DNA of 64,000 bases from contig CBDBHE010000007.1 of the NCBI GenBank assembly GCA_965205605.1, positions 160,001 through 224,000 of the forward strand. The letters run 5' to 3'. Shown in pieces: positions 26,808-38,140 of this stretch. The position numbers were made by a program, and so were the translations under genes. Every line of letters begins with the position of its first letter. Within the stretch, counting starts at the first letter, position 1. Origin of the DNA: Spirochaetota bacterium (lineage in GTDB: Bacteria; Spirochaetota; UBA12135; COTS27; CBDBHE01). Under the pieces are notes generated by a model. That model did not search any database, had not been told where the DNA came from, and saw only the letters and a program-made list of their open reading frames with translations.

Positions 26808-27383
26808 GGATAAACAAAAGGTTTTTTTCTTACTCAAAGTCAGACCCTGTCAAAGACCCATGTTAAAAATAGAATAAAAATTTAAAAGTTCAATATAAAG
26901 CTAATCAAACTTTATATTCCTTAATCTTTTGGGCATTCGTTATAGAAGATTCCTAAAAGATTCCTATAAAAAAATAGCGTATCAAAACGCTAAAAGTTCT
27001 AAAAAAAGAAAACATCTTTTCTCAAACAAAAGAGAAAACAAGTATCGCCAAATAACAAGGAGAAATTTTATATCTGTCATCGAAACCGTCCACAAGCAAT
27101 TTTACAGGAAACTAATTCGGCTGACCAATGATCATGAAGAGGAAGATTAAAAAAATAAATACTTTGAAAGAAGGTTAAATGTGTTTTAAGATTCATACGT
27201 GGAGATTAACTTAACTACTTTACAAGCTTCTTATCAAATGGTTCAAGTTGCTAAGAAAGAAGATAAATAGAAAAGTAATCCATGGGAGCTTAAAGCTAGA
27301 AAAGATGCCAATATCAAAACAGCTGATGATTTAGAACGTTATTTTAAGAAAAACAAATATCGAATAGAAATGAGCGGGATACT

Positions 27384-27419
27384 ATCTACATAAAGTAGAA
27401 ATTATAGTGTCTCCTAAAC
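27384..27419 (-). CRISPR. single type V-A direct repeat (no array)
   Basis: Minus strand GTTTAGGAGACACTATAATTTCTACTTTATGTAGAT, 36 nt with the Cas12a handle AATTTCTACT-N4-GTAGAT, ~150 bp after cas2; no second copy found. Confidence 0.92.
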
Positions 27420-27568
27420 TCGATTGACACAATTTAAATCCATGCTGAGGAGAAAAAAAGCTCTTTTCAGTTTAAAATGACACATCTTACTTTAAGATAT
27501 CATCTAAATCTCAATTTTTTATTTTTTTTTCATCTTTATTTTAAAATAAAGACCTTGGTTTGCAAAAA

Positions 27569-27838
27569 TTAAAAAAATAAAATTTCTTTTTCTTCGTTTT
27601 CTAAATAACCATATTTCAAAATATTTTTGTTTTCAATTTCAAAAATTAAAATACTATCTCTCATAGAAAAATATTTTTTAAAAGTATTTTCTATCTCTAA
27701 TTTAATAATACCAATCATTCTCTTCGAATAATCAAGCTCGTAAACTGAATATTGTAAACGACGTCCATATTTTTTTAGATATTTTGATAATTTGCTTCTC
27801 AGTTTATTATCTGTTATATCATAACTAATCAACAACAT
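27569..27838 (-). CDS. cas2: Cas2 (type V-A locus)
   Basis: LISYDI, YGRRLQYSVYE. Confidence 0.93.
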   Translation of the reverse strand: MLLISYDITDNKLRSKLSKYLKKYGRRLQYSVYELDYSKRMIGIIKLEIENTFKKYFSMRDSILIFEIENKNILKYGYLENEEKEILFF

Positions 27839-27874
27839 TTAAATTGTTTCTCACTTCGAAAATAGGGTAATCTT

Positions 27875-28750
27875 CTATTTTTTCTCTTGCATAAAAGCAC
27901 GGTAATAACTTTGAATATAGGTGAAAATTTCTTCTTTTCTTTTTAATAAAGATTTAAAAAAAACTTTTGTATACTTTCTAACTTCTTCTTTCTTTAACAC
28001 ATATTCTTCTTTACGTTTCTCAAAATCTACTTCTTTAAACTGTTTTAAACCAAAAGAACTGACAATTTTTTCATCAATAAGGCATCTAAAAGGTTCTACT
28101 AAATCACAAACAAGAGATTTTCTTTGATAAAACAACTTATGGTATACGCCAACGTAAATATCAAATCCATAAAGCCTCATTAAACATTCAATAAAGTTAA
28201 ACAAATAGGTATATCCTATGTCTAAAGTTATATTTAATGGATCTTTTTTAGTACGTGGTCTTCTTCCTTGAAAATTCAACTCTTTAAAAACATGCTTAAG
28301 ATATTGTTTACTACAATTACCTTCTATTCCCAAGAGTGATTTTTCTTCTTCGATAATATTCACTTGCTTTAAAGATTGTTTTAGATTCAAAATGGTACTT
28401 TTTAAGTCATTTGATTTATTACGAATCAATTTAAGCAAATTCAATTGATTGTTAATTTTGTTTTTGACAATATGTTGAGACAGGGCCAATGTTTTAGAAA
28501 AATGATATTGCTTTAAACGCAATAAATAATTTCCCTCTGCTTCTGAGCCTATTGTTCCAATATAGTGAAAATTATTATTCATAAAAATAATAGAAAATCC
28601 ATACTTTTTACTTCGATCAAATAAAACAGAAGTTAAAGTGCTGTGCCCAACTATAAACAAAGCAAATACTTTATAAGCAGAAACTTGGTTAATGATTTTA
28701 TAAGAATCTTTTTCTTGCAGAACAATATTTTCATTTTTACTAAGCAAACT
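27875..28750 (-). CDS. cas1: Cas1 (type V-A), apparently 5'-truncated
   Basis: LLGIEG, RRPRTKKDPLN.TLDIGYTYLF, RKSLVCDLVEPFR; homology begins at SKNENIVL with no credible start (the ORF-track N-terminus overlaps cas4). Confidence 0.85.
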   Translation of the reverse strand, partial: SLLSKNENIVLQEKDSYKIINQVSAYKVFALFIVGHSTLTSVLFDRSKKYGFSIIFMNNNFHYIGTIGSEAEGNYLLRLKQYHFSKTLALSQHIVKNKINNQLNLLKLIRNKSNDLKSTILNLKQSLKQVNIIEEEKSLLGIEGNCSKQYLKHVFKELNFQGRRPRTKKDPLNITLDIGYTYLFNFIECLMRLYGFDIYVGVYHKLFYQRKSLVCDLVEPFRCLIDEKIVSSFGLKQFKEVDFEKRKEEYVLKKEEVRKYTKVFFKSLLKRKEEIFTYIQSYYRAFMQEKK

Positions 28751-29363
28751 AATTCTCTTTTTTTGAAATATCACACAAGTCACTATAAACACATTGATTA
28801 CACTTGTTTTTGTTGGGAATGACAAAATCTTCTAATTTAAAAGTACGAATGGCTTCTAGAATAGATTCAAAATATTTACGATTATCTGGACTAGGGGGAG
28901 GATAAAAATAATTTTTGTTATCTTCAAGGGAGTGTAATTTAAGTTTTTGAATTTCATACCCCATTTCTTTTAAACAAAAATATTGTACATATAATTGTAA
29001 AAGATATCCTTCATAAACAAACGATATTCTATTTTTTCTTTCAATTAATATTTTTTGATCATAGATATCAATTTTCCCACATAATTGATAGAGTTCACTG
29101 TAAACAGAAATCCCTGTCAAATATTGATTTGAAGAAGAATATTTTTGCTTATCTATATTTTTGTGAGCTTTTTTCCCTCGAACTTGTGAAGCATTGTGGT
29201 AAAAGAAAGAAGAAAGTGTCCCAAAAAGTTTATGAAAATAAATAGATCTAGGACAAAAAATAAAATCGTTAAGTAAGGTTCCAAGTAATTTTTTCAACAA
29301 TAGTAAAGATACCCTTATAATCGAAACTAATCTTGACAAAAATAAGTTTAGAAAATCAATCAA
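28749..29363 (-). CDS. cas4: Cas4 (type V-A)
   Basis: LNDFIFCPRSIYFH, GKIDIY, ERK, QLYVQ, CNQCVYSDLC; true start uncertain. Confidence 0.9.
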   Translation of the reverse strand: MIDFLNLFLSRLVSIIRVSLLLLKKLLGTLLNDFIFCPRSIYFHKLFGTLSSFFYHNASQVRGKKAHKNIDKQKYSSSNQYLTGISVYSELYQLCGKIDIYDQKILIERKNRISFVYEGYLLQLYVQYFCLKEMGYEIQKLKLHSLEDNKNYFYPPPSPDNRKYFESILEAIRTFKLEDFVIPNKNKCNQCVYSDLCDISKKEN

Positions 29364-32274
29364 ATATTATTTTTTTTATCTTGAATAAATTCATACCAAG
29401 CTTTATTTGAAAAATCAGCTTTTCCACTTTTTCTCATTTGTTTAATAAATAATAATCCTTTTAAAGCAATGTGATAAGCCCCATTATCATCTGTATTTTG
29501 TGGCAACCTTTCATCTGATTTTCTTGAATCAAAAAAAGATTTATTATCATCTTTAACTGGAGAAATTAAATAGTCTTCTTCTTCTCCTATCTTGCTATTT
29601 CTCATTTGTAGTGTATGACGGAGGGACTTGATTAAGTTTTCAAAAAAGTCTTTTTCTGTTTTTTTGCAAATTAAGTCTTTTAAACAAAGAGTCTTTTCAA
29701 AATCAAGATCATATTTTTGAAATAAATTTTTAAGATTTTTTGTTGGCGAAACCATTTTTGTATCCCACTGATTATTTTTCTCTGAATTTCTAAAGTTAAT
29801 TAGGCGATCTCCATAACTACAAACAACCCATTCTTTTTTTGACCCTTGGGCTTTTGTCGTAAAATCAGAATAGTCAATATGAAATTCGAAATAATCTTCT
29901 TTTTTATTAAAGCAAATCTTTTTAAATGCTTGAAAAAAGATTTGTGCTTTTTTAACGGTTTCGTATTTAGGGTATAAAAGATTTACAAATCCTGTTGTAG
30001 GACAGACTTTAGAAGTGTGATAAGCAGAAACGTAAAAAATAAACCCGCTTTGTTTTCCTAGTTTCTGAAAACTTTGAAAAGGAGCTGTCAGTTGTAAAGC
30101 GTTTAAATATCCCCCTATTTCTTGTGGTTTTTTATTTTTAAAAACTAAGAAATTAAGTTTATCAATTAACATTTTTTCTAATTTTTGATAAACTTGTTTT
30201 TCAATTTTAAAGCGTCCTCTTTTAAACCCAAAGTTTAAATCTTCAAAAACAATCATGGCGTTATGTTCAATCATTAAAGTAGTTAGTTTATGAACTACTT
30301 ACTTGAGACAAGTAACCTGCTTTTAAATCTTTAATTTTTTCAATAGTATCCCAATTTTTTCTAGCCTCAGAACGGTTTTTTTTCTTTTTCGTCTAAAAGT
30401 TTTTGATAATCTTTATTATTACCCAAAGGATTATTAAAGCTCCCTTTTAGATAACGACCTTCTTTGTCTTTTAAAATTTCTCCTTTTTGGTTGATAACAT
30501 TATAGTAGGCTAAATGACATTCTCCGCGATCAATTCCAATGAGGTTAATCTCTTTATTTTCTTTAATATAGTCTCGAACTTTTTGATTAAAATCAAATTT
30601 GTTTTTAGCTTTAAAATTACAAGAAATTGAAACATGGAATAAAAACGTATCAACAGCATACCTGCGATCTTTAATAATAGGGTGTTTTTGTTTCTTTTGA
30701 GATTCGTTTGAATGATGCCCTTTATCCCAAATATCTTTTTCATATTTTATAGAAGCTTTTCTGTAAAAAAGCTCCCCTTGACCATTGAGTTTATAAATCA
30801 CATTTTTTAAGTTTTCTTCCTTAAATAAAGCTTTCCAATAAAGGGTCTGCAAGTTAGGCCTCCCTGTAGACTTAGGAGAAAAATCTTTACTATAAATTTC
30901 AAAAAGATACAGTTCCCCTTCTCTCACACAATCATTAATATAGCTTTCTGGAATATCTCTAAAAATTACTTTATAACCAACATCACTAATTTCTTTGTAA
31001 AATTCATCAATACTATTATAAGTTTTAGATTTTAAATCAAAGCCAAATATTCTCCATTCAGAGTGTTTTTCTAGACTTTGTTTATAAAAATCAATCATTT
31101 TATTTAGATCTTCTTTATTAAAACCTTTTTGAGGGTCTCCGTTTTTTGTAAAACTTGAATGATTTCTGATACAGTGGATTTCTTTAGAAGGAGAATAAGT
31201 ATTCAAGTTTTTTTCACTAAAAAAAACTTTTGGTAACATCAAATAAGGGTCTGGTAAAAAATGATAGTCCATTTTTTGATAACATTTTTTTTCGTTAGGA
31301 AAATTTTTTTCAAAAAATAATCGATTATCGTTTTTATCCATAACCCCAAGATAATATTGGTTGTCTTTTATAAAAATAAGACTCGTATTGAGAGTTTCTT
31401 TACTTTTAGCCCAACCATTAGCAAGGCTTTCATTGTCAAAATTAAGTTTATATTTTTCGATACTATACGATTTTTTTGTTAAATAATTACGTGATTTATT
31501 ATAAAGAGGAATTATCAAACTAATGACCTCATAAAGGTCATCAAAATCACTATAAAACGCATTATCTTTTTCATAGACTTCAACACCTTTTTTTTCCTGA
31601 ATTTTAAAATGCAAGGGTTGTAAAAATTCTTGAAAACGTTTTAAAGCATCGAGATAATCCTTAATGAGTGGTTTTTCTTCTTTATCTAGTTTTAGGTTTT
31701 CTTCATCTAAGTGTTTTTTTAAAACATCTTTTGCCTTTTTATAAGTTGTTGTAATATCATCGAGGTATTTTTGAAGATATTTATTTTCTACATCCCATTT
31801 AAAATAATTAAAAAGAGATTTTTGATGAGCTTTTTTTGCTAATTCTTCTGATTTTTCTTCCTCAATAAAACGATGCTCCAAAGCTTCATGAATGACATAG
31901 AAAGACAAATAAGATTGCTTAAGATATTTTTTTCTCAGGAGCTAATTGCTGAGAATAAAGATTGATTTTTTCATTAATCCCTTGTTTTTTTTGACCTTCT
32001 TTTCCTTGTCTTTTTTAAGATCAGAATAAATTTCTGAAATTTCTTTTAAATCATTTTCTTCAAAATTAAAAGAATCAAGCGTTTGGGATATAAGTTCCTT
32101 ATGATAGCCATCAATTATCTTCTTAGCTTTTTTGTATTTTTTTGCAATATCTTCATCTTTAATTAAACAATTTTTCTCATTGATGTTCTTTAAAGTTTCT
32201 TTACAAGGCTTTAATCTAAAACGAATTGTTTTTGATACTGAATATTGATTGGTAAATCTTTCAAAACTTGACAT
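29360..32274 (-). pseudogene. cas12a: Cas12a (Cpf1), three fragments with internal REC-lobe deletions
   Basis: FTNQYSVSKTIRFRL, KLNF...GW...KE, MLPKVFFS, KLNGQGELFYR, IGIDRGE, IVFEDLN, DNGAYHIALKG. Confidence 0.93.
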
Positions 32275-32779
32275 TTTATTGTTATCCTTTTAAAAAGTTA
32301 AATTAATGCCTAAAAACATTTTTAGTCATTTTCTGCTTATTTCAAAAATAAAAATCAGTTTAAAAACAAAACTAGATTAGTATTTTCTTGTATCATTTTT
32401 TTCTCCTTAAAACTTTTTTAGTGCTTTCTAAATAAAGAATTTGACAAAATATATTCCTTTAATATGTATTAAAAAGCAATAGAAAAAATGAATGTTTTTC
32501 TAGCTGAGTGCATGATAAAAAGAAATATCTTCAATAGAACTAGGTAAAAGAAGTAGTTTAAATAACTTAAAAATATTTGTTATTTTAAGGGTGCCAAGGA
32601 CTTGAAAAGAGACATAGCATTCATATTGTTGCGAAAATTTTCTGTATCTTCTGTGTCAAAAACTTAAATATTAATGAAATTTGGAAAAGTAAAGAATACT
32701 TATTTTTTCAATTTAACGGATTAAACAAGGCTTTTATTAAAAAAGCCGATGTTTAAAAGACGGCTTTAAATACTTTAGA

Positions 32780-34392
32780 AGTATTAGGGATACGTTACCA
32801 AATTTCTTTTTTTTGTCTTCATCTACATTATTTTTAAAGTCAGGTAATGCTTTATTATCTCTATTTAGTAACTTTTCTTTACCCATTCTGTAAAAGAACC
32901 TGATTCCTTTTTGTAAAAATTGATGAGAGGTATACCAACTTCTTAATCTAGTCGCTTGACCTTCATTATTTGTGTGAATGTTTTGTGATAAAGCCGTTTT
33001 TTGTTAATTCGATAACATCACACTTGATTTGATCTGACTTACTGTTATCAAGTGAGCTTAAGAATAAATACAATTTTCTATAATTTGAAATATTTCCAAA
33101 ATTCCCATATTTTATAAGCTCTGAATCTTTACCAAATTCTTTTATAAAGTAGGTCATTTTTAGCGTGAAATTGATTGGATAGTGGAAACCATGCCTTTCC
33201 TTTATTTTTTGTTAAAAATTTTTTCCACAACGGTTTATAAAACTTGATTATATATCCCTTTACTCTCTCTCCAGTGATTCCTTTTAATGATAATTGACTT
33301 TACGGGTATCTTTTTATTGTCATGGTAAATAATTTCAAGTTTTATTGGTTTTGTTAATAAGCCTTCTGTCATATTTAGTAGCAATACTTTTTTCTTTATT
33401 TTCTTCGTCTAGCCCACTGATTAATCGATAAATTTCTTTTTTTTAAATATTGATTAAATAGCTCAGCATTTGCAACATCAAAAAGGTATTTTATCTGTGT
33501 TTTTGAGTATGGTTTCTCTAAATTTTTTTTTCAAACTTGATGTTCTTCCCAATAATCAAACCCTGTTTTTTGACTTAAGGGTTTTTCATTGACTTCGTTA
33601 TAATTTTTAGAACTTTTTTTTTGATTTACTTGAGTAAAATCATCACTAAGAATTTCTTACCTTCATTTTTCTTTTGTATCGATTGGATACCTAGTAAAAT
33701 CCTTTGAAAATTATTAACGTGATCGAGGATGTAAATCCTTTTAAAAAGAGAATCATGATGGTCTATTTTTTTCTTGTCATCCTCAGAAACTTCTTTTGTT
33801 AAAACACTTGAATACATCTTTTTAGCTAGGAACTCCTTAAGCCGTTCATCTAACGAATAGATAATCGCAATCGTGTCATCGTTTGCCCCTAAGATGACTT
33901 GATAAAACCTGTCGTGAACATCGTTTTACCACTTGAAGCGTTCCCTTCGATTGGTAATAAGTCCCATGGTGAGATAGTCTTTAAAGTGACGATAAGGTTC
34001 TTTGATTTTGATTTATTTTTCAAACTTCAAAACCGCTTTTTTTAGTTTTATGATTAGTTTAGGGGTGTCTTTTTCAATTAAAGCTTTTTTTAAGATATCT
34101 AACTTAGAAAACAATGTCCAGTTGGCCATAAGGGGTTAATTTCTTCTTGACTCATCCCAAGATTTTTTAATTTGTTAATGATTTTAGCTTTACTTAAAGG
34201 CTCTTCTTTAAAGGGGGGTTTTTCGTCGCCTCTATTTTTTTGAGTCAATGTTAAAGCTTCTTCTAGCATCGTCTTTTCAATTTTGGAAACATTAGAGAGG
34301 AGGAAATCTTTATCTATTTTTCTTATTTCATAAACTAGAGATAGCTTCTCTCCAATTTCATTTATTTTATCTAATTTTTCTTCTTGATTCAT
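32780..34392 (-). pseudogene. decayed phage-like replication region with a RecA/DnaB-like P-loop NTPase fragment
   Basis: Walker A GNASSGKT at 33922-33945 followed by AIIYSLDE; many short broken ORFs. Confidence 0.45.
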
Positions 34393-34417
34393 TTATAAAA
34401 ATCTCTTTTTTAATTTA

Positions 34418-34720
34418 TTAAGAAAACCGATCGACTTTTGTTTGATCTCTTAAACCTAAAATATTTTTAAGAAACCCTTCTTTTTTTTTAGAAACCATAG
34501 CACTAGATTTTACGTTTTTTTTCTTTTGTGGACTTACTTTTTTAAGCATAAAATCATTTATTAGAAAGTTTACACTTTTCTTTCTTTTCATTGCTAATTT
34601 CTTAAACTTTTCAAATGTTTCATTATTTACCAAAAGGCTAATTTTTTTTTCTAACTTTCCAATACGTTTATTGATTGGACGCCCCATTTTCTTTTCTATT
34701 TTTGTTTTCATTGTTTTCAT
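34418..34720 (-). CDS. small basic DNA-binding protein (ribbon-helix-helix/CopG-like)
   Basis: MGRP AT-hook-like motif, then ISLLV...FEKFKKLA...SVNFLINDFM pattern. Confidence 0.55.
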   Translation of the reverse strand: MKTMKTKIEKKMGRPINKRIGKLEKKISLLVNNETFEKFKKLAMKRKKSVNFLINDFMLKKVSPQKKKNVKSSAMVSKKKEGFLKNILGLRDQTKVDRFS

Positions 34721-35098
34721 CTAATTAAAAAAAGCGACTTTCACCAGCAAACTTAATATCAAAAACAAAACAGCGATAACCCATTTGTTAGAGGTCTTTA
34801 AAACGGTGATATCATTTTTCACTTCGCTTATCTCTTCTCTTAAAGCATTTTTCACTTCGCTTACCTCTTCTCTTAAAGCATTTTTCACTTCGCCTATCTC
34901 TTCTCTTAAAGCACTTTTCACTTCGCTTATCTCTTCTCTTAAAGCACTTTTCACTTCGCTTACCTCTTCTCTTAAGAACCCTATGTCTTCTTTAGTAACA
35001 AGACCACTTTTGCCATTAATCGCTTCTGCTAGCTTGATAGCTTTTTTATTACTAAAGCCTTGCTCTTCTAATATTTCTACAATTTCCAATGTATCCAT
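34721..35098 (-). CDS. Bdr/DUF1640-like coiled-coil repeat protein with C-terminal TM
   Basis: MDTL...GFS...A..LA...VTKEDI head, five 11-aa repeats, C-terminal TM. Confidence 0.75.
   Translation of the reverse strand: MDTLEIVEILEEQGFSNKKAIKLAEAINGKSGLVTKEDIGFLREEVSEVKSALREEISEVKSALREEIGEVKNALREEVSEVKNALREEISEVKNDITVLKTSNKWVIAVLFLILSLLVKVAFFN
34813..34975. repeat. 33-bp tandem repeat, ~5 copies
   Basis: Unit ~CATTTTTCACTTCGCTTATCTCTTCTCTTAAAG, encoding LREE(V/I)SEVK(S/N)A. Confidence 0.95.
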
Positions 35099-35112
35099 CT
35101 TTCTTCCTTTTT

Positions 35113-35155
35113 TTTTATCTATATAAAAGTATATATTTATATAGATAAAAGTAAA
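35113..35155 (-). promoter_or_regulatory. sigma70-like promoter overlapped by a 15-bp perfect inverted repeat (operator-like)
   Basis: TTTTATCTATATAAA-N8-TTTATATAGATAAAA; minus strand TTTACT-16-TATACT. Confidence 0.65.
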
Positions 35156-35430
35156 CTACTTTTTTTATTTTAATTTTTATTCTTTTTACCCATTCTCAAA
35201 TCTCTTTACATAAATCATTCAAATACGGCTCTTTTCTATTAAAACGATTTAAAAAAATTCTTCACTATAAAACGCCTCTATGCACTTAAAAACAATCTAT
35301 TTTAAGCTCCTAAATTAAAATCAAATGATACCATATTATCTTTAGAATGCTGTTTATAAGAATTGCTTCTTTTATTTAAACTCTTCGTATTCTTTAATAT
35401 TTAGTTGTAAATAATGTTTTTTCTTAGTCT

Positions 35431-35800
35431 TTATTTCTTTCTTTTAACCCGACATCTCCCATAAAGAAGCAAGTGTCTCATCTTTTTTACAACCTTTAAA
35501 AAACCCGCCAAACTATCGGGTGCATCATCGTGCTTAATCGTTTCTCGATATTCTTTTATTTGATTCATATACGTGATGTCTGTATTTCTATCAAAATAAA
35601 TCTTACCCCTGTCTTTATACACATTGGATATAATCCGATTATGCTTATTTCCTACTGCCCTATCCTTCTTCATCGTTGGATATGATTTTGCCATTTGCTC
35701 AAACATTATCCCTTGATCCCCGTTTGTTTCAATAGATAAAGAACCACATTTAAAGGAGTTGGCAATTTGTATAATCGTGTCTTCTAAATCAACAAAAGGT
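35431..35800 (-). pseudogene. phage terminase large subunit, C-terminal nuclease fragment
   Basis: SIETNGDQG and HDDAPDSLAG motifs; ATPase domain absent. Confidence 0.75.
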
Positions 35801-36094
35801 TTGCCCCTCCTCTAGCACCTCCATAAATGGTGATATCCGATGATGATTTAATAAACTCTAATTACTTACCTTCGTGGGCGGTTTCAACGATTTCAAGAGT
35901 TTTCATTTTTTTTCTCTTTCCCTTTCCTATTTACCTAACAATGTATTTTGTGGTCTCTTCACCAAATCCAACCGATGACTTCGACTTTCCATAGACTCGA
36001 TCAATGAGTCATAAAACACTTGATAGAAAAAACTAAAAAGTTGTTATTTTGTTACTATAGTAGCAAAGCTTTGTTAGATTACCCATAAGATATT

Positions 36095-38140
36095 TTACAA
36101 CTTACCAACAGAAAACTCGACAATGATTTTGGTGTTAGTAACGTCTAATAAATGAATGGCAATTTTTTTGTAGTCAACGTTAGATCTCTCTTTTGGATGA
36201 GTGGGTGGAGAAGTCGACAATTTAATGGCATCCATCAAAGTAAAGCGAGCTTCACTAGGGGCGATTAACTTTAAGGTGAGGTGTTTGCCATTTTTCTCTA
36301 AAGTAATAGTTCGTTTTGATGCGTCAAATTGTACCTTTGTGCTACTTAAAATGTGAGCAAACCACCACACTTCTTTTGAAGGGGTTGTGTCCGAAAGCTT
36401 GATATTGTCAGTTAAAATAAGCTTTTTTCTTTGTGGCAAAGTAAAAGTTCGGTGAACTTTTACAGCATCTTTGTGAGCATAAGTAGGGGTTAAATCCAAG
36501 GCAGCAGTAGGGGAAGTCTCGGCTACAAACCCTTTTTGTGAATTTTGCTTTTTGGGAATATCTGCTTGCCATTTAATAAATTTAGCAACGCTTTTAACTT
36601 TTTGCTCACCTGCAAGAGAAGGGCCTATTATTAAAGTGTTGTTACCTTCTGCACGATTACGGTAATACTTCCAACGTGGGCTTTTTTCTCTTTTGCCACT
36701 CCAAAAAGAAGGCAAGCTATAATTTTCTTGTGGTAGCATGGTGATCCATCGCTCGCCTAAGGCATCCAGCACAAAACTACCCACATCCATCGTGCCGTGT
36801 GCCACTCTAGGGGTACCTCCTTTAAAAGCTACAAAAAATGCATTGGATGTCCAGTCACTTCTAAACGAAGCCACTTCTACGCGTGCATATTTTTTATCTC
36901 TACTTAAAAGAGAAGGGTTAAAATAAGATCCAGGCATCGAATATTCTTTAGGTAACCAAAATAAATGAAGTGCTTCGTGTCGATTGATTTCTATTCTGTT
37001 TTCTCCATAAGCTTCAATCAAGTCGCTCGAGTAGTGTGCTTTGTAAAAAAGGGTAGGATTTTTATACTTATCTGCCATCCACCACAAAATAGGATGGTTT
37101 TTATAAATAGGCCTACAATCAGAGTAGTTAAATATAAGGGAAGAGGGGCCCTCCATGTAAAGTGGGTACAACACCGAACGCTGAAACCCTTCAAAAGCAA
37201 AATCCAAGCCAAAATTGCTATTGAGTGCTGTCTGCAAGCTTGCTAACATTAAAATGTTGTAGCCCATACTATAATACCAATAAATAGGGCCTTCTTCACT
37301 AGCACCTTCGGGGTCAAACTTCTCCATGGCTTTACCGATGGTTAAAACACTATCTCGCACAGCAGAGTATGCCTCTTTTGTATAAGCTTCACTTACATCG
37401 CCAATGGCCAGTGCTGCCATCACCAGACCGCCATTACACACTGGGTTCCAATTGTTACTTCGACGATAAAATCCTCTTAATTTTTTTTTCTCAACATTAG
37501 AGTAGCGTTTCATCAGTGCTTTGTTAAATAAGGCAGCTTCTATTTGCTTTTTTTGTGCTTCACTCCATTTGCTATACAGCCAATCATAAGCAATCGCCAC
37601 AGCAGAGGCCATTTCGGCTGTAGAAAGAAATAATCTATCATACCAATGCGGATAAGCACACACAGCTTCTACTTCAAGAGCCAAACGATTAAAGTATTTT
37701 TCATCTTCGGTTAGTAAGTACAACACAGAAAGAGTGTTAAGTCGCCATGAAATGTAGCGTGTCTCTAAAAGAAAAAATTTTTCTGCTTTGTCAATCACAT
37801 AAGGAGTTGTCGGCATAATATACTTGTCCGCTTTGGTGCGTAATTTCACAAAGGTGTCTCTAAGTAAGCCTTTTTGCTTTATGTTTTCTCTAGCAGTTTT
37901 TAATTGATTCTCATCGATTAAAAGACGAGGATGCGATTTTTTTATTTGACGCAAAAAGGCAGAAGAAGTGGCTGGAAATTGCTTGTTTACTTTTTTCTTA
38001 ACCCACGATAGCTTTTTTTTTTTAGACCAATTAACTGAAGCCGTATCCTTAGTACAGCTCACCAATAAAAAAAATAGCATCAAAACAATGCCGACTACAT
38101 AACTTATTTGTTTACTGTGGTAAAAATATTTTTTTATCAT
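36095..38140 (-). CDS. heparinase II/III-family polysaccharide lyase, lipoprotein
   Basis: Lipobox LVSC; AIAYDWLY, NNWNPVCNGG, EGPIYWYY, FNYSD, HGTMDVGSFVLDALGERW. Confidence 0.85.
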   Translation of the reverse strand: MIKKYFYHSKQISYVVGIVLMLFFLLVSCTKDTASVNWSKKKKLSWVKKKVNKQFPATSSAFLRQIKKSHPRLLIDENQLKTARENIKQKGLLRDTFVKLRTKADKYIMPTTPYVIDKAEKFFLLETRYISWRLNTLSVLYLLTEDEKYFNRLALEVEAVCAYPHWYDRLFLSTAEMASAVAIAYDWLYSKWSEAQKKQIEAALFNKALMKRYSNVEKKKLRGFYRRSNNWNPVCNGGLVMAALAIGDVSEAYTKEAYSAVRDSVLTIGKAMEKFDPEGASEEGPIYWYYSMGYNILMLASLQTALNSNFGLDFAFEGFQRSVLYPLYMEGPSSLIFNYSDCRPIYKNHPILWWMADKYKNPTLFYKAHYSSDLIEAYGENRIEINRHEALHLFWLPKEYSMPGSYFNPSLLSRDKKYARVEVASFRSDWTSNAFFVAFKGGTPRVAHGTMDVGSFVLDALGERWITMLPQENYSLPSFWSGKREKSPRWKYYRNRAEGNNTLIIGPSLAGEQKVKSVAKFIKWQADIPKKQNSQKGFVAETSPTAALDLTPTYAHKDAVKVHRTFTLPQRKKLILTDNIKLSDTTPSKEVWWFAHILSSTKVQFDASKRTITLEKNGKHLTLKLIAPSEARFTLMDAIKLSTSPPTHPKERSNVDYKKIAIHLLDVTNTKIIVEFSVGKL

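Noticed and set aside
32742-32767. AAAGCCG...CGGCTTT hairpin upstream of cas12a as a scout/tracr RNA
   Set aside because: No complementarity to the V-A repeat, and Cas12a needs no tracrRNA; at most a terminator.
34813-34975. 33-bp repeats near cas12a as a CRISPR array
   Set aside because: Head-to-tail with no spacers, and in frame within a coiled-coil ORF.
34785-35126. Plus-strand ORFs 34785-35126 and 42411-42782
   Set aside because: Antisense shadows of the Bdr-like genes; the RBS and promoter are on the minus strand.
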